Numbered from the stretch's first letter, positions 38,824 to 48,692 are shown. The stretch: DNA of 50,706 nt from Fibrobacteria bacterium (GCA_043732185.1 JAYTHY010000129.1:1-50706); one strand, 5' to 3'. Numbers and translations are program-made. Notes: generated by a model not told the origin, from the sequence alone.

Positions 38824-40308
38824 TCACAGTTTTTTCGCTTTCAACAAGGCGCGACCCTTGGCGGTGATGCGGTATTTTTGCAGGCGGCTGTTGGGTTTTT
38901 CCGGAACGGTCATTTCGACTAAGCCCGCTGTGAAGAGCTTTTCCAACGCTTTTTTGAAATTACCAGTGCGCTGGGAATAACCTAGGACTTGAGCCAATGG
39001 GCCGCTTCCCATTGAATTCTTCTTCAATGCGATTAGCATGGTTTGTCCCGTGGCAGTCAACGCGACTTGGGCCTCGACTTGGGCCTCGACTTGGGCCTCG
39101 ACCTCCCCTGTACCATCCGCGAAGCGCGCCTTGAAAGTCACGATCATAAAACCCTGCCGCTCCTCGAAAACTGGCGGCGCGATGCCATAGCGCTTGCACT
39201 CGTCAATCACACGGTTTGTGCCGCGTCCCCAGGTTTCCACTGCTCCCGTCAAATGAAAAGCTCCGGCGATGAGGGGATTGCGCAACTTGGAAAGATGGTG
39301 TCCCGAAAGCTGATCCACGGTGATACCAGTGGGAAGCCGTCCGTAACTGCGGATTTCGATGCGATCGTCGAAAATCGCGATGGCGGCGTGGCCGCCCGAA
39401 TACGAATAGTCACGGTGCATGACCGCATTGAGCAGGATTTCCCGGAGAGCGTCTGGCGGAATGGGAAACCGGTCTTCCCGATAAATCTTTCCTTCCGGGA
39501 ATCTGGCTCCCAAGGGAAGGGTACGTTCCAGAAAGGCCATGCCCTCACGCACGGCGGTAAAGGCATTGAAATATTCCTGACGGTTGTCCACGATTTCACC
39601 CGTGATTTCGGTGCCGCGAAACCGTCCCATTTTCAAGATGCATTGCGGATAGTTCGGCAGAAATTTCTTCCCGTAAAGCACCTGCGCGGCCTGGGTAACC
39701 ACACCTTTGTCCCGAAGGCCAAGGCGATCCAAAATCTCGCCGATATTCCGGCTCGTACCCGCCGAAATGCGGCTTTGCTGAATCGCAAGTTCCCGCGTAC
39801 GAAGAATTTCCTCTTTGTCCAAATCTTGCAGGCGCACGCCCTCGGCAGCCATGTTTTCCCATCGCCTTTTAGCGTGGGTTTTTTCCAGGAGAAGCTTTTC
39901 ATACTTTTCACGGGGCATTTTCCGGGTGGTACTGCCAATTCTTTCGTAGGGTCTGCCTTCATAGGTGAAGGGGATGGAATCGGATTTGCCATCCACAATG
40001 AGAATCAAAACTTCCCGTCCCTCGCCCACTTGCAGTCGTTCGGGCTGAATGCTGACAGGCGGTTCGAAACCATTCAAGGCTTGGGCAATATCCCGCAGAG
40101 TCTTATCGGAAACGTCCTGACCTTCAGCTGCCCCATTGGGTCGGATTCCGAAGAGAACCAAACCGCCGGTACCATTCAAGAAGGCGCAAAGGGTTTGCAT
40201 CCCCTCCTTCAACTCTCCGGTGGATCGTTTGAATTCCAGGCTTGGACCTTCTCCCTTTTTCAGAAGAGCGGCGAGTTGCCTGAAATTAGCGGGGGATTTG
40301 CGAATCAT
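38824..40308 (-). CDS. AlbA_2 (Schlafen-like) domain + RecG-like HATPase + wHTH protein
   Basis: GEGPSLEFKRS, AFLNGTGG, REILLNAVMHRDY, RNPLIA, WGRG, SRLQKYRIT. Start could be 40365, 40350 or 40308. Confidence 0.88.
   Translation of the reverse strand: MIRKSPANFRQLAALLKKGEGPSLEFKRSTGELKEGMQTLCAFLNGTGGLVLFGIRPNGAAEGQDVSDKTLRDIAQALNGFEPPVSIQPERLQVGEGREVLILIVDGKSDSIPFTYEGRPYERIGSTTRKMPREKYEKLLLEKTHAKRRWENMAAEGVRLQDLDKEEILRTRELAIQQSRISAGTSRNIGEILDRLGLRDKGVVTQAAQVLYGKKFLPNYPQCILKMGRFRGTEITGEIVDNRQEYFNAFTAVREGMAFLERTLPLGARFPEGKIYREDRFPIPPDALREILLNAVMHRDYSYSGGHAAIAIFDDRIEIRSYGRLPTGITVDQLSGHHLSKLRNPLIAGAFHLTGAVETWGRGTNRVIDECKRYGIAPPVFEERQGFMIVTFKARFADGTGEVEAQVEAQVEAQVALTATGQTMLIALKKNSMGSGPLAQVLGYSQRTGNFKKALEKLFTAGLVEMTVPEKPNSRLQKYRITAKGRALLKAKKL
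39063..39102. repeat. 12-bp coding tandem repeat (VEAQ x3)
   Basis: CGACTTGGGCCT x3 plus CGAC in the linker before the wHTH. Confidence 0.9.
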
Positions 40309-40406
40309 GGTTTTTTGGGATGAAAGTTTGATTCCATTTTGCTCTCCCATTCGAAACGTAGACATCTATTTCGATTTATCGAAGGCACGCATATTTAAAT
40401 TCCGAG

Positions 40407-41801
40407 TTACTTCCCTATGCAGTACCCGGCAAAAACCCTCTGCAAAATTTCATCGCTGGAAATCTCGCCCAACAGCTCTTTGAGATGCAAAGCCGCCTCA
40501 CGTATTTCAAAGGCAACCAGTTCAATGGCTGGCCGCTGCTGCAACATTTCCAAAGCCGCCGCTACCTTGGCCTGCGCCAACTCAACCGTCTGGAACTGTC
40601 GCTCGGTGGTAATTACAATGTCTTCGCCCACGCTCGCGGAGACAAAAACCATGCAGTTGAGTCGCTCCCGAAATTCCACCAAACCCTCGCCCGTGCGGCT
40701 AGAGAGGCTCAAATACTCGGGCCGCGCTTTAAAGCCAGGCAGATCCATTTTCGTGGCCAGACGTAAAGAAACCTTTTCACCCTGACCAAAACCTTCCGCT
40801 TCCGTAACCTCCCGGGTACTGGTACCGGTCCCATCCTCGACCCACACACATACGTCCGCCGCTTGCCATTGCTCCCGGGTTCTTTGCATGGCCAATGCAT
40901 CAAGCCCGTCGATGGGTCGGCCCAGCCCGGCGGTATCGACCAGATGCACGATTCCGCCTTTTAACCGCAATGGCACTTCGACATAATCGCGCGTGGTACC
41001 AGGACGATCGGAAACCAGCAGCCGATCCGATTCGACCAAGGCATTGATGAGACTCGATTTTCCCGCATTGGGCGCACCCAAAATGGCCACCCGTCGCGCC
41101 CGCGCCAAACTACGCCCTCTTTCAAATCCAGACGCGATTTTACGCAATCCGGCGCTCAATCTTTCCAACCTCGGAGCCCAAGATGCAAAATCCGGATCGA
41201 CTTCTTCTTCCGAAAAATCCACCTCCAGTTCCAAGCGGGCGGACAAATCCAGCAATTCATCGCGTAAGGTTTTAAACGCTCCGCTCAGGGCACCACCAAC
41301 GATGCGCTGCGCATTTTTCAAAGCTTCGATCGTTTCCGCATGGATCAGTTCCCCCACCGCTTCCGCTTGGAGCAAATCTATTTTGCCGTTTTCAAAAGAC
41401 CGGCGCGTAAACTCTCCGGGCTCGGCCAGACGGACGCCAGGGCGGGAAAGTAAAACTTTGAGAATGCCATCGATGATAAGAGGATTGCCGTGAGGAAAGA
41501 GTTCCAGCACATCTTCGCCCGTAGAGCTAGCGGGCCCAGGAAAAAAAACGTAGTTCAACCGGTCTAAGATGTCTGAGTCCGGTCGCGACATTGAAGCAGA
41601 CGCAGGCGCGCTTGCACTCGTTTGTCCAATGGAAGGCCCTTCTGTCCGAAAAGCGCCGTAGTATACATGTCTGGCTACAGAGGCCCCGCGGCTCAGATGA
41701 ACAGCCAGCACCTCCCGGCACCCAGGTCCGGATAGCCGCAAAACCGCCAATCCGGAAGTGCCTGGCGGTGAGGAAAGGGCAACAATGGTGTCGCCGATTA
41801 C
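40407..41801 (-). CDS. mnmE: tRNA modification GTPase MnmE (start codon non-canonical or uncertain)
   Basis: GDTIVALSSPPGTSGLAVLRLSG (upstream of the ORF-track start), TGEDVLE, GAPNAGKSS, GTTRD, DTAG, CIGK. Confidence 0.95.
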   Translation of the reverse strand, partial: VIGDTIVALSSPPGTSGLAVLRLSGPGCREVLAVHLSRGASVARHVYYGAFRTEGPSIGQTSASAPASASMSRPDSDILDRLNYVFFPGPASSTGEDVLELFPHGNPLIIDGILKVLLSRPGVRLAEPGEFTRRSFENGKIDLLQAEAVGELIHAETIEALKNAQRIVGGALSGAFKTLRDELLDLSARLELEVDFSEEEVDPDFASWAPRLERLSAGLRKIASGFERGRSLARARRVAILGAPNAGKSSLINALVESDRLLVSDRPGTTRDYVEVPLRLKGGIVHLVDTAGLGRPIDGLDALAMQRTREQWQAADVCVWVEDGTGTSTREVTEAEGFGQGEKVSLRLATKMDLPGFKARPEYLSLSSRTGEGLVEFRERLNCMVFVSASVGEDIVITTERQFQTVELAQAKVAAALEMLQQRPAIELVAFEIREAALHLKELLGEISSDEILQRVFAGYCIGK

Positions 41802-41821
41802 GCTTGCCGCGCTTTTGATAT

Positions 41822-43633
41822 TTACTTCGCCTTAAATTTAGGCCGGGTGGAAACGATCACCTTGGATGCAGGCGCGGCTTTAAGCCGGTTGGTATAAAAA
41901 TAAGTTTGGCCGATGGTGAAAAGATTGGAGACGGTCCAGTACAGCACCAGACCTGACGGGAACGCGCAGGAGAAAACGAACATCATAATCGGCATCATCC
42001 AAACCATCATCTTCTGATTGGGATCCTTGATGGTCAGTTTCATCTGGAAGAACATAGTGGCGGCCATGAAAAACGGCATGATCGTGATCCCTAAGGGAAA
42101 GATATACGGCACCTTGATGGCCTCGTAAACCACATCGGGCAGGGCCAAATCATGCACCCAAAGCCCAAACGGTGCGCCTTTGAGCTCCACCGCACGGCCA
42201 AGCACGTTGAACAGGGAGATGAAAATGGGCATTTGCAGGACCACGGGGAAACAACCCATAACTCCCGATAAAGGATTCACGCCTTCTTGTTTATAGTACG
42301 CCATGATTTCTGCATTGGCTTTTTGCGGCTGACCCTTATTCTTCTCACGAATCTTGGCTATGGCGGGCATGTGCTGCTGCATTTTAATACCCTGTTTAGT
42401 TTGGGCAATTGTCAGCGGAAAAGTGACAATGCGGACGAGCAGGGTAAGCAAAATAATAGCGATACCGTAATTGGGAATGATGCCGTGAAAAAATTTGAGC
42501 AAGTGCAGGACCATCCCACACAAGGCCACGTACCATACATCCGCCCGGAAAAACGATTCCCAACCCGAGAAAATTATTTTCTCATAATTGTCGTTATGGG
42601 TCAGGAGCTGATCGTAGGACAACGGCAGCACCACAAAGTCAAAATCGAGATCCTTGTCTTCATAGTTCGCGCCGATGATTTGCAGTTGATAATCTTTGGG
42701 GTAGGTTTTATCCTCTCCCACAACCTTTCCCGTCGCAACCACCTTGTTGGTAGTTTCACGATTGAAATTGATCAGAGCAGCCACGTATTTCCGGCGCAGA
42801 CCCACCCATTTGATGACACCGCTGGCTTCATTAAAAGTCTTTTTTCCTTCAAAGGAAACGCGCTGTACATTAGAACCATTATCCATAACCACTTCACTGA
42901 AGAACGTGCTCATCAGTCCGAAGCCTTTACCTGCGCGAATCTTTTCGGTTTCCTTGAGTCCGGATTGCCAGCTGATGGCATAACTGGAAATCGGTTCGCT
43001 CGCTTCCAAATGCTGGGAAAATTTGTTGCTATCAGGATAGAACGTAAAGGACCTTTTCAAAATGGTTTTGGTTCCAGGCAAAGTGGTCTTGAAATTTACG
43101 GTCACCGGTGCGCCGGAAACATTTAGCGCGGTATCCTTAGTATCGAGTTCCCAAAGCGTTTTATCTAAATCATGGGCATCGATGGTCAGGGCCAGAGCCC
43201 CGCCGTTCTCGGCAAGTATATCGGGATTGTAAGGCGGCTTGCCCGCGAGATCTTTCAAAGAAAGGGTCGCCAGCTTGGCGCCTTCATTGTCCAGTCGCAT
43301 TTTAAACCGGTTCGTCTCAACGTTTAAAAAACGATGGGGCACCGATACCTGCGAACTATCCGTTAAACCTGTCGAACTTGGAACTGCAGTTACTGTAGTT
43401 TTTGGCTCTGCTGCTTGGCCCATTGCCGCATCTCCCGTAGCGGATTTTTCCCTACCGCTTTGGGAATCCGTTAATTTGAGCCCACCGTTCTTGGCCACAT
43501 TTGCCAGGGAATCAATGCGCTGTTGCTCTTGCTTGAGCTTCATCGCAGCCATGGCTTGCTTCTGCTTGTACGTTGTCCAAAAGAGCATGAGGCCCATGAG
43601 TAAGACCCAGGCCATGATGGTATTTCTATTCAA
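41822..43633 (-). CDS. yidC: Membrane protein insertase YidC
   Basis: NYGIAIILLT, GCFPVVLQMPIF, GLVLYWTVSN. Confidence 0.96.
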   Translation of the reverse strand: MNRNTIMAWVLLMGLMLFWTTYKQKQAMAAMKLKQEQQRIDSLANVAKNGGLKLTDSQSGREKSATGDAAMGQAAEPKTTVTAVPSSTGLTDSSQVSVPHRFLNVETNRFKMRLDNEGAKLATLSLKDLAGKPPYNPDILAENGGALALTIDAHDLDKTLWELDTKDTALNVSGAPVTVNFKTTLPGTKTILKRSFTFYPDSNKFSQHLEASEPISSYAISWQSGLKETEKIRAGKGFGLMSTFFSEVVMDNGSNVQRVSFEGKKTFNEASGVIKWVGLRRKYVAALINFNRETTNKVVATGKVVGEDKTYPKDYQLQIIGANYEDKDLDFDFVVLPLSYDQLLTHNDNYEKIIFSGWESFFRADVWYVALCGMVLHLLKFFHGIIPNYGIAIILLTLLVRIVTFPLTIAQTKQGIKMQQHMPAIAKIREKNKGQPQKANAEIMAYYKQEGVNPLSGVMGCFPVVLQMPIFISLFNVLGRAVELKGAPFGLWVHDLALPDVVYEAIKVPYIFPLGITIMPFFMAATMFFQMKLTIKDPNQKMMVWMMPIMMFVFSCAFPSGLVLYWTVSNLFTIGQTYFYTNRLKAAPASKVIVSTRPKFKAK

Positions 43634-43956
43634 AAGATGCTCCTAAAGTTTTCGGCGCTTGATGTCATAAGGGTTGTCGAAGAATGTTTGGGAACCGGAT
43701 CCCGGGAGACAGAGTCTCTTGGGGCAAGGTCCCGTGGGACCGGGTCCCGTGGGACTGGATCCCAGCCACCTTTGCAAAAAGGTTGGCAGCGGACCAGTCT
43801 ATAGGCGGTGAGCATGAGGCCGATAAAAAATCCTCGCGACTCAAAGGCTTCTACGGCGTAATGAGAACACGTGGGATGGAAACGGCAGGAGCCAACGTAG
43901 AAAGAGGACTGTATGCTTTGATACATCCGAATCAAAAAAATGGCGATATGCCTCAT
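43630..43956 (-). CDS. yidD: Membrane protein insertion efficiency factor YidD
   Basis: CRFHPTCSHY, RCQPF..GGWDPVP. Confidence 0.93.
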   Translation of the reverse strand: MRHIAIFLIRMYQSIQSSFYVGSCRFHPTCSHYAVEAFESRGFFIGLMLTAYRLVRCQPFCKGGWDPVPRDPVPRDLAPRDSVSRDPVPKHSSTTLMTSSAENFRSIF

Positions 43957-44336
43957 GTTGTTTTTCCCGGCAGCAATCCCAATAGGCGGTCTGCTTCAGC
44001 GCGAAGTTCCGAACGTCGGCACTGGGATGCTTTTTGGGAAACATCGAACACCATCCACGTTGCTTCCTTAAGATGCGGAGCTGCGGCTTGGAATGAATTG
44101 CGCAATGTGCGCCGTATGGAGTTTCGCATCGGAGCATTGCCAACTTTTTTCCGGATGATAAAGCCTAGACGGGACAAATCTTGATCCGCAAAACAGTACC
44201 GCAATGTGAGAGGCGCACTGCGTAGCACCCTCCCTGCTTCGAAAACCTTTTTATACATATACGGCTTGTTGAGTCGATGATTTTTTAAGGGGGATAACCG
44301 CCCTGGAGAATCACCGGACGGGGTCGAGTTTTCCAA
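43953..44336 (-). CDS. rnpA: Ribonuclease P protein component
   Basis: RLGFIIRKKVGNAPMRNSIRR; lies between rpmH and yidD. Confidence 0.9.
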   Translation of the reverse strand: MENSTPSGDSPGRLSPLKNHRLNKPYMYKKVFEAGRVLRSAPLTLRYCFADQDLSRLGFIIRKKVGNAPMRNSIRRTLRNSFQAAAPHLKEATWMVFDVSQKASQCRRSELRAEADRLLGLLPGKTT

Positions 44337-44367
44337 AATCCAAAACTCTCCCCGCGAGGTGGAGAGG

Positions 44368-44529
44368 CTAGATATCCTTAAAGGCCATGGTGTCGCTCAC
44401 CGTCAAACGGTGCCGACCTTTGGAACGTCGACGAGCGAGCACGGCACGACCATCTTTGGTCGCCATGCGGCTACGGAAGCCATGCTTGTTGACTCTTTTT
44501 CGGTTGCGGGGCTGAAAGGTTCTTTTCAT
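44368..44529 (-). CDS. rpmH: 50S ribosomal protein L34
   Basis: Hand translation (not in the ORF track): [53 protein letters not shown]. Confidence 0.97.
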   Translation of the reverse strand: MKRTFQPRNRKRVNKHGFRSRMATKDGRAVLARRRSKGRHRLTVSDTMAFKDI

Positions 44530-44660
44530 AGTGAAAATTCCAATTTATGGGATGAGGCGTTTAATTTAGTTTTCATCCCCTTGAATTTTCAAGGGTTAGG
44601 ATGATTTTAGCTAACTTTTGACATTCATATTTACTTAAAAGATATTAATTTGCATATAAT

Positions 44661-45527
44661 ATGCTGTTGACACAATATATTTATAGGGCTTACATCCGAA
44701 CCCTTTCCGCCCCACTTATTTTGGGGCTTATTCTTATAGGGTGGAAAAAAAGCCGGATTCAAACTAATCTCCGGATGCTTCGGCTTCCGGTGACTTTTGG
44801 CTTTCGCCTACGCTTCTACATCAATGCATCTATAGACGCCCTCGAAGCGCTCCACGGTCTTTATGGCCGAACGATTATAAGTCGCCCGAGGGACCATTTA
44901 AAGTTAAACCGCCTCCGCACGGGATCATCCATTTTAGTGTCGGCTCATTTTCACAACTGGGAATTGATGGGCTCCTGGCTTTGTATCGAAAAAGCCATTC
45001 CATTGCTCAGCGCGGCCCTACCTTTTAAGCATCCCGTTTCGCAATACTTTTTGGAAAAACACCGAAGGCGGCTGCGCATACCCATCATTCAAACGGATAT
45101 TGCTCGCTTGGGCCTTAAGCATTTGCGGGCGGGCAAATGCTTGGGCATAGTATGGGACCAATACCCTTCACACGGCCAGGTGCGGGTTCCTTTTTTTTCC
45201 CATCTCGTTAGGGTCAACCCATTGCCTGGTTTTCTCGCAGATAAAAGTCAGGCCCCGGTTTTTTTTGGAGCCCTTCTACCAGGGGGCGTCTTTAGGCTGG
45301 TTCAGATTAGCCAGCGTCCTCGGCCCGGGCTGACTTTGGAAAAGCTCGCCAATCGGTACCATCGCGTTTTAGAAATCCTGATCCGCTCCCGTCCTGACTT
45401 TTGGTATGGTTTCGCCCACCGCCGTTTTAAAGATCAGATTCTGTATGAGGTTACAGAAAATGTTTCACGTGAAACAACTTCCTCACCCCTCCATTTGGTT
45501 TCACGTGAAACCAAATTGCCAGAATAG
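44661..45527 (+). CDS. Lipid A biosynthesis (LpxL/HtrB-like) acyltransferase family protein
   Basis: SAHFHNWEL, GIVWDQ, VPFF, P.FWYGF.HRRFK. Confidence 0.8.
   Translation: MLLTQYIYRAYIRTLSAPLILGLILIGWKKSRIQTNLRMLRLPVTFGFRLRFYINASIDALEALHGLYGRTIISRPRDHLKLNRLRTGSSILVSAHFHNWELMGSWLCIEKAIPLLSAALPFKHPVSQYFLEKHRRRLRIPIIQTDIARLGLKHLRAGKCLGIVWDQYPSHGQVRVPFFSHLVRVNPLPGFLADKSQAPVFFGALLPGGVFRLVQISQRPRPGLTLEKLANRYHRVLEILIRSRPDFWYGFAHRRFKDQILYEVTENVSRETTSSPLHLVSRETKLPE
45461..45476. promoter_or_regulatory. parS: parS centromere site 1
   Basis: Perfect consensus palindrome TGTTTCACGTGAAACA about 0.7 kb from parA. Confidence 0.95.
45497..45512. promoter_or_regulatory. parS: parS centromere site 2
   Basis: GGTTTCACGTGAAACC inside a perfect 24-bp palindrome at 45493-45516. 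Confidence 0.9.
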
Positions 45528-45586
45528 CACGCCTATTTTTCTTAAGCATTGAAATCCAAAAAGTTTATGATACATTTACTTGGCTT

Positions 45587-46186
45587 ATGGGAAACCTTCT
45601 GTTAGACACGTCAAATTTTGATGAAAAGACCCTCCAAAAACTTAGAGGAGTGGAAACTTTTCTGAGAAAATGGAATAAGAATATCAATTTGGTAAGCGAA
45701 GCCGATGAGCCGGCCATTTGGGAAAGGCATATACTGGACTCGCTCCAATTGATGCCATTTTTCAAAGAGGTCAATAAGCTGGCTGATATGGGAAGTGGAA
45801 TAGGCCTACCGGCTGTACCATTGGCCATTGCCAATCCAGACATCGATGTTTTTGCCATTGAGCCGAAACAAAAAAAATCAGCCTTAATGGCCGAAATCAT
45901 CCGCGAGATCCGCATCCCCAATTTGCATGTGCTTTCTGAGCGTGTGGAAAAGGTGTTTCTTTCGCATATGGATGTGGTGTGCTGCCGCGCGTTCGGCGAA
46001 TTTAGCCGTGATGCCCGCTTAGCCTATAAAATGCTGAAGCCTGGCGGCCTATTCATGACTTTTAAAACCGCTGAGCAATTCGATGTCCCCCAGGGATACG
46101 AAAAAGTGGAAAACCACGCATACGCCCTACCCAACAATCCCAGAAAATATTTCATCGTCACGGCGGCTAAAGCAGGAGAGATGTGA
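45587..46186 (+). CDS. rsmG: 16S rRNA m7G527 methyltransferase
   Basis: WNKNINLVS, RHILDS, DMGSGIGLP, CRAF. Confidence 0.95.
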   Translation: MGNLLLDTSNFDEKTLQKLRGVETFLRKWNKNINLVSEADEPAIWERHILDSLQLMPFFKEVNKLADMGSGIGLPAVPLAIANPDIDVFAIEPKQKKSALMAEIIREIRIPNLHVLSERVEKVFLSHMDVVCCRAFGEFSRDARLAYKMLKPGGLFMTFKTAEQFDVPQGYEKVENHAYALPNNPRKYFIVTAAKAGEM

Positions 46187-46959
46187 GCAGAATTATAGCT
46201 GCTTGTAACCAAAAGGGTGGCGTAGGTAAAACCACTACTTGTGTGAACACGTCCGCGGCCTTGGCTGCCATGGAAAAACGGGTGCTCCTTGTCGATATGG
46301 ATCCGCAGGCCAACGCTACCCTAGGACTGGGCTTTGATCAGGAATTTGACGAAGACATTTACGATGCCCTACTCGCGGCCGAAAATAAATTGACCCGTGA
46401 AGAGGCGCGCCGTTGCATCAAAACAACAGCCATGCCTTTTCTGGAAATTTTGCCCTGTTCGCCTCAATTGGCGGGTTTGGAGCGCCAGTTGATGAACGCG
46501 CCAAACCGGGAGAAACGCCTCGGCAATATTTTGGAATCCATTCGGAATGAGTACGCTTTCATAATCATTGATTCTCCGCCAACGTTGAATATGTTGACAT
46601 TGAACGCACTAACCGCCGCAGATTCCGTACTGATTCCCATCCAGTGTGAATATTATGCCTTACAAGGTCTATCCGAACTTCTGAATACAATTCGACTCGT
46701 GCAGCAAAATTTGAATCCGAAACTGGCCATTGAAGGCGCGCTTTTAACCATGTACGACAGCCGCCTCAATTTGTCCAAGCAAGTGGCTGAAGAGGTGCAA
46801 ACCACTTTTTCTGAAAAAGTGTTTAAAACCATCATCCCCAGAAGCGTGAAGCTCAGTGAGGCGCCCTCATTTGGAAAGCCGATTATTCTATACGATGCTA
46901 TGAGTACCGGTGCCGTTAAGTATATGGAGCTGGCTAAGGAGCTGATCCAAAATGACTAG
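46183..46959 (+). CDS. parA: Chromosome partitioning ATPase ParA/Soj
   Basis: NQKGGVGKTTT, DMDPQANAT, QCEYYALQG, EAPSFG. Confidence 0.97.
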   Translation: MSRIIAACNQKGGVGKTTTCVNTSAALAAMEKRVLLVDMDPQANATLGLGFDQEFDEDIYDALLAAENKLTREEARRCIKTTAMPFLEILPCSPQLAGLERQLMNAPNREKRLGNILESIRNEYAFIIIDSPPTLNMLTLNALTAADSVLIPIQCEYYALQGLSELLNTIRLVQQNLNPKLAIEGALLTMYDSRLNLSKQVAEEVQTTFSEKVFKTIIPRSVKLSEAPSFGKPIILYDAMSTGAVKYMELAKELIQND

Positions 46960-47818
46960 AAAAGCCTTAGGCAAGGGATTGGAAGCCATTTTTGGCAACT
47001 TGGGCAATGAAGTCGTGCATCCAAAAACCGGCGCCTCGGTTCTAGAAATTGAAATTTCTAACATTTCTCCAAATCCCTTTCAGCCTCGCCAAGAGTTTTC
47101 GGAAGCGGATATTCAAGATTTGGCCAATTCCATCCGGGAAAAGGGACTTTTACAACCCATTCTCCTGCGGAAGCATAAAAACGGCTATCAAATAGTCGCC
47201 GGTGAACGCCGCTTTCGCGCCTACCAACTCCTGAAAAAAACCAAAATTTCCGCGCTTGTACGCGATCAGCTGTCCGATCAGGACATGATGGAAATGGCCC
47301 TGATCGAAAACCTCCAACGGGTACAGCTCAATGCCATCGAAGAGGCACTCGCATTTGAACAGCTCATCAATGCATGTGGCATCACCCATGATGAACTGGC
47401 ACAAAAGCTGGGAAAAAGCCGCTCTGCCATCACCAATACTTTAAGACTGCTGAAGCTGGAAAACGAGCTGCAAACTTGGATACGCGAAGGCAAGCTGACT
47501 GCCGGACATGGCCGCGCCCTTTTGCAAAGCGAACCTCAACAGCGCTTAAGACTGGCCCAAAAAATTATGGCCGATCACTTGAATGTTCGACTGGCGGAAA
47601 AAACCAATCCCAAAAATGAACCCACACCCGTAGCCCCACAAAACGCGGATACCCGCGCATTTGTGGAAAAGCTGCGCTTTCTACTCGGCACTAAGGTTGT
47701 CATGAAAGGCACGGAACAACGTGGCATTCTTGAAATCCATTACATGAGTCGACAGGATCTGGAGACTTTGGGCGACTTACTTGAACGCGGCCATGAAGTT
47801 CAAGGCGCCGCAGGTTAA
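46952..47818 (+). CDS. parB: Chromosome partitioning protein ParB/Spo0J
   Basis: ALGKGL, NPFQPR, AGERRFRA, IENLQR, HTH GKSRSAITN. Confidence 0.97.
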   Translation: MTRKALGKGLEAIFGNLGNEVVHPKTGASVLEIEISNISPNPFQPRQEFSEADIQDLANSIREKGLLQPILLRKHKNGYQIVAGERRFRAYQLLKKTKISALVRDQLSDQDMMEMALIENLQRVQLNAIEEALAFEQLINACGITHDELAQKLGKSRSAITNTLRLLKLENELQTWIREGKLTAGHGRALLQSEPQQRLRLAQKIMADHLNVRLAEKTNPKNEPTPVAPQNADTRAFVEKLRFLLGTKVVMKGTEQRGILEIHYMSRQDLETLGDLLERGHEVQGAAG

Positions 47819-47873
47819 CCGCACACATACGCGGGACCGGCCAGTCTGCTTTTCTGCCGAATGAACGCTTGCC

Positions 47874-48692
47874 ATGTCCAAAAAACGTTACATCACTATT
47901 CAAATCATTCCGGATGATTCCAGTGAAGCCTGGACCATCAAGCTCCGCTATCGCTTTTTTGAATTTCTCTTTTATGCGGTTTTCATAGCTCTCTTTGCCG
48001 TGGCTCTAGCCGCGGTTAAGATAACGGAAATCAACGGCAAGGTGCTCACCGCCAATCACCTAGCCACCATGAATCGGCAACTATTGGATAAGCAAAAAAA
48101 AATGACCCAGCTGGAACATCAGCTCACGCTTATCGCCGAACAAGAACGCAAAATACGCGGCATTGTGGAAACGTTTGTGATGGAATCCGATCCCGATTCC
48201 TTGCGTGGAAAAGACGCAATGAGCCATTTTTCCCCAGCTGAACTCGACAAATTCGTATCTGACATTCGCGCCATAGAAAAAACCACCCAGGGCCAGAAAC
48301 CCTTCCCGTCAAAGGAAACCGTGCCGGATATATGGCCTGTTTCCGGAATAGTGAGCCAACCCTTTAGTTCTGCCGGCAGCGCCGAAGTCCGTCATGAAGG
48401 TGTAGACATTATCGCAGAAAACAACGCCTTGGTGATCAGTGCGGCCAGAGGCATTGTGGTTCAAAGTGGACAGGATCGCGATCTGGGGCGCTTTGTAAAA
48501 ATTGACCATTCTCCCGAAGTGCAAACCGTCTATGGCCACTTAAGCCGTGGATTTGTACAAGTCGGCGACCACATTGAAAAAGGTGTGACTATAGGCATAG
48601 TCGGAAACACCGGAAACAGTTATGGACCCCATCTTCATTATGAGATTTGGGTGCGCGGCAAACCAGTAGACCCCCAACTTTACTTGAAATGA
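47874..48692 (+). CDS. M23 family metallopeptidase with coiled coil
   Basis: HEGVD, YGHL, GNTGNSYGPHLHYE. Confidence 0.92.
   Translation: MSKKRYITIQIIPDDSSEAWTIKLRYRFFEFLFYAVFIALFAVALAAVKITEINGKVLTANHLATMNRQLLDKQKKMTQLEHQLTLIAEQERKIRGIVETFVMESDPDSLRGKDAMSHFSPAELDKFVSDIRAIEKTTQGQKPFPSKETVPDIWPVSGIVSQPFSSAGSAEVRHEGVDIIAENNALVISAARGIVVQSGQDRDLGRFVKIDHSPEVQTVYGHLSRGFVQVGDHIEKGVTIGIVGNTGNSYGPHLHYEIWVRGKPVDPQLYLK

Noticed and set aside
38533..38922. 129-aa ORF in the intergenic gap
   Set aside because: No RBS or motif, atypical composition, and it overlaps the 3' end of the AlbA gene.
39043..40323. 426-aa plus-strand ORF
   Set aside because: Antisense shadow of the AlbA-ATPase gene with no recognisable motifs.
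42287..43126. 279-aa plus-strand ORF
   Set aside because: Antisense shadow of yidC.
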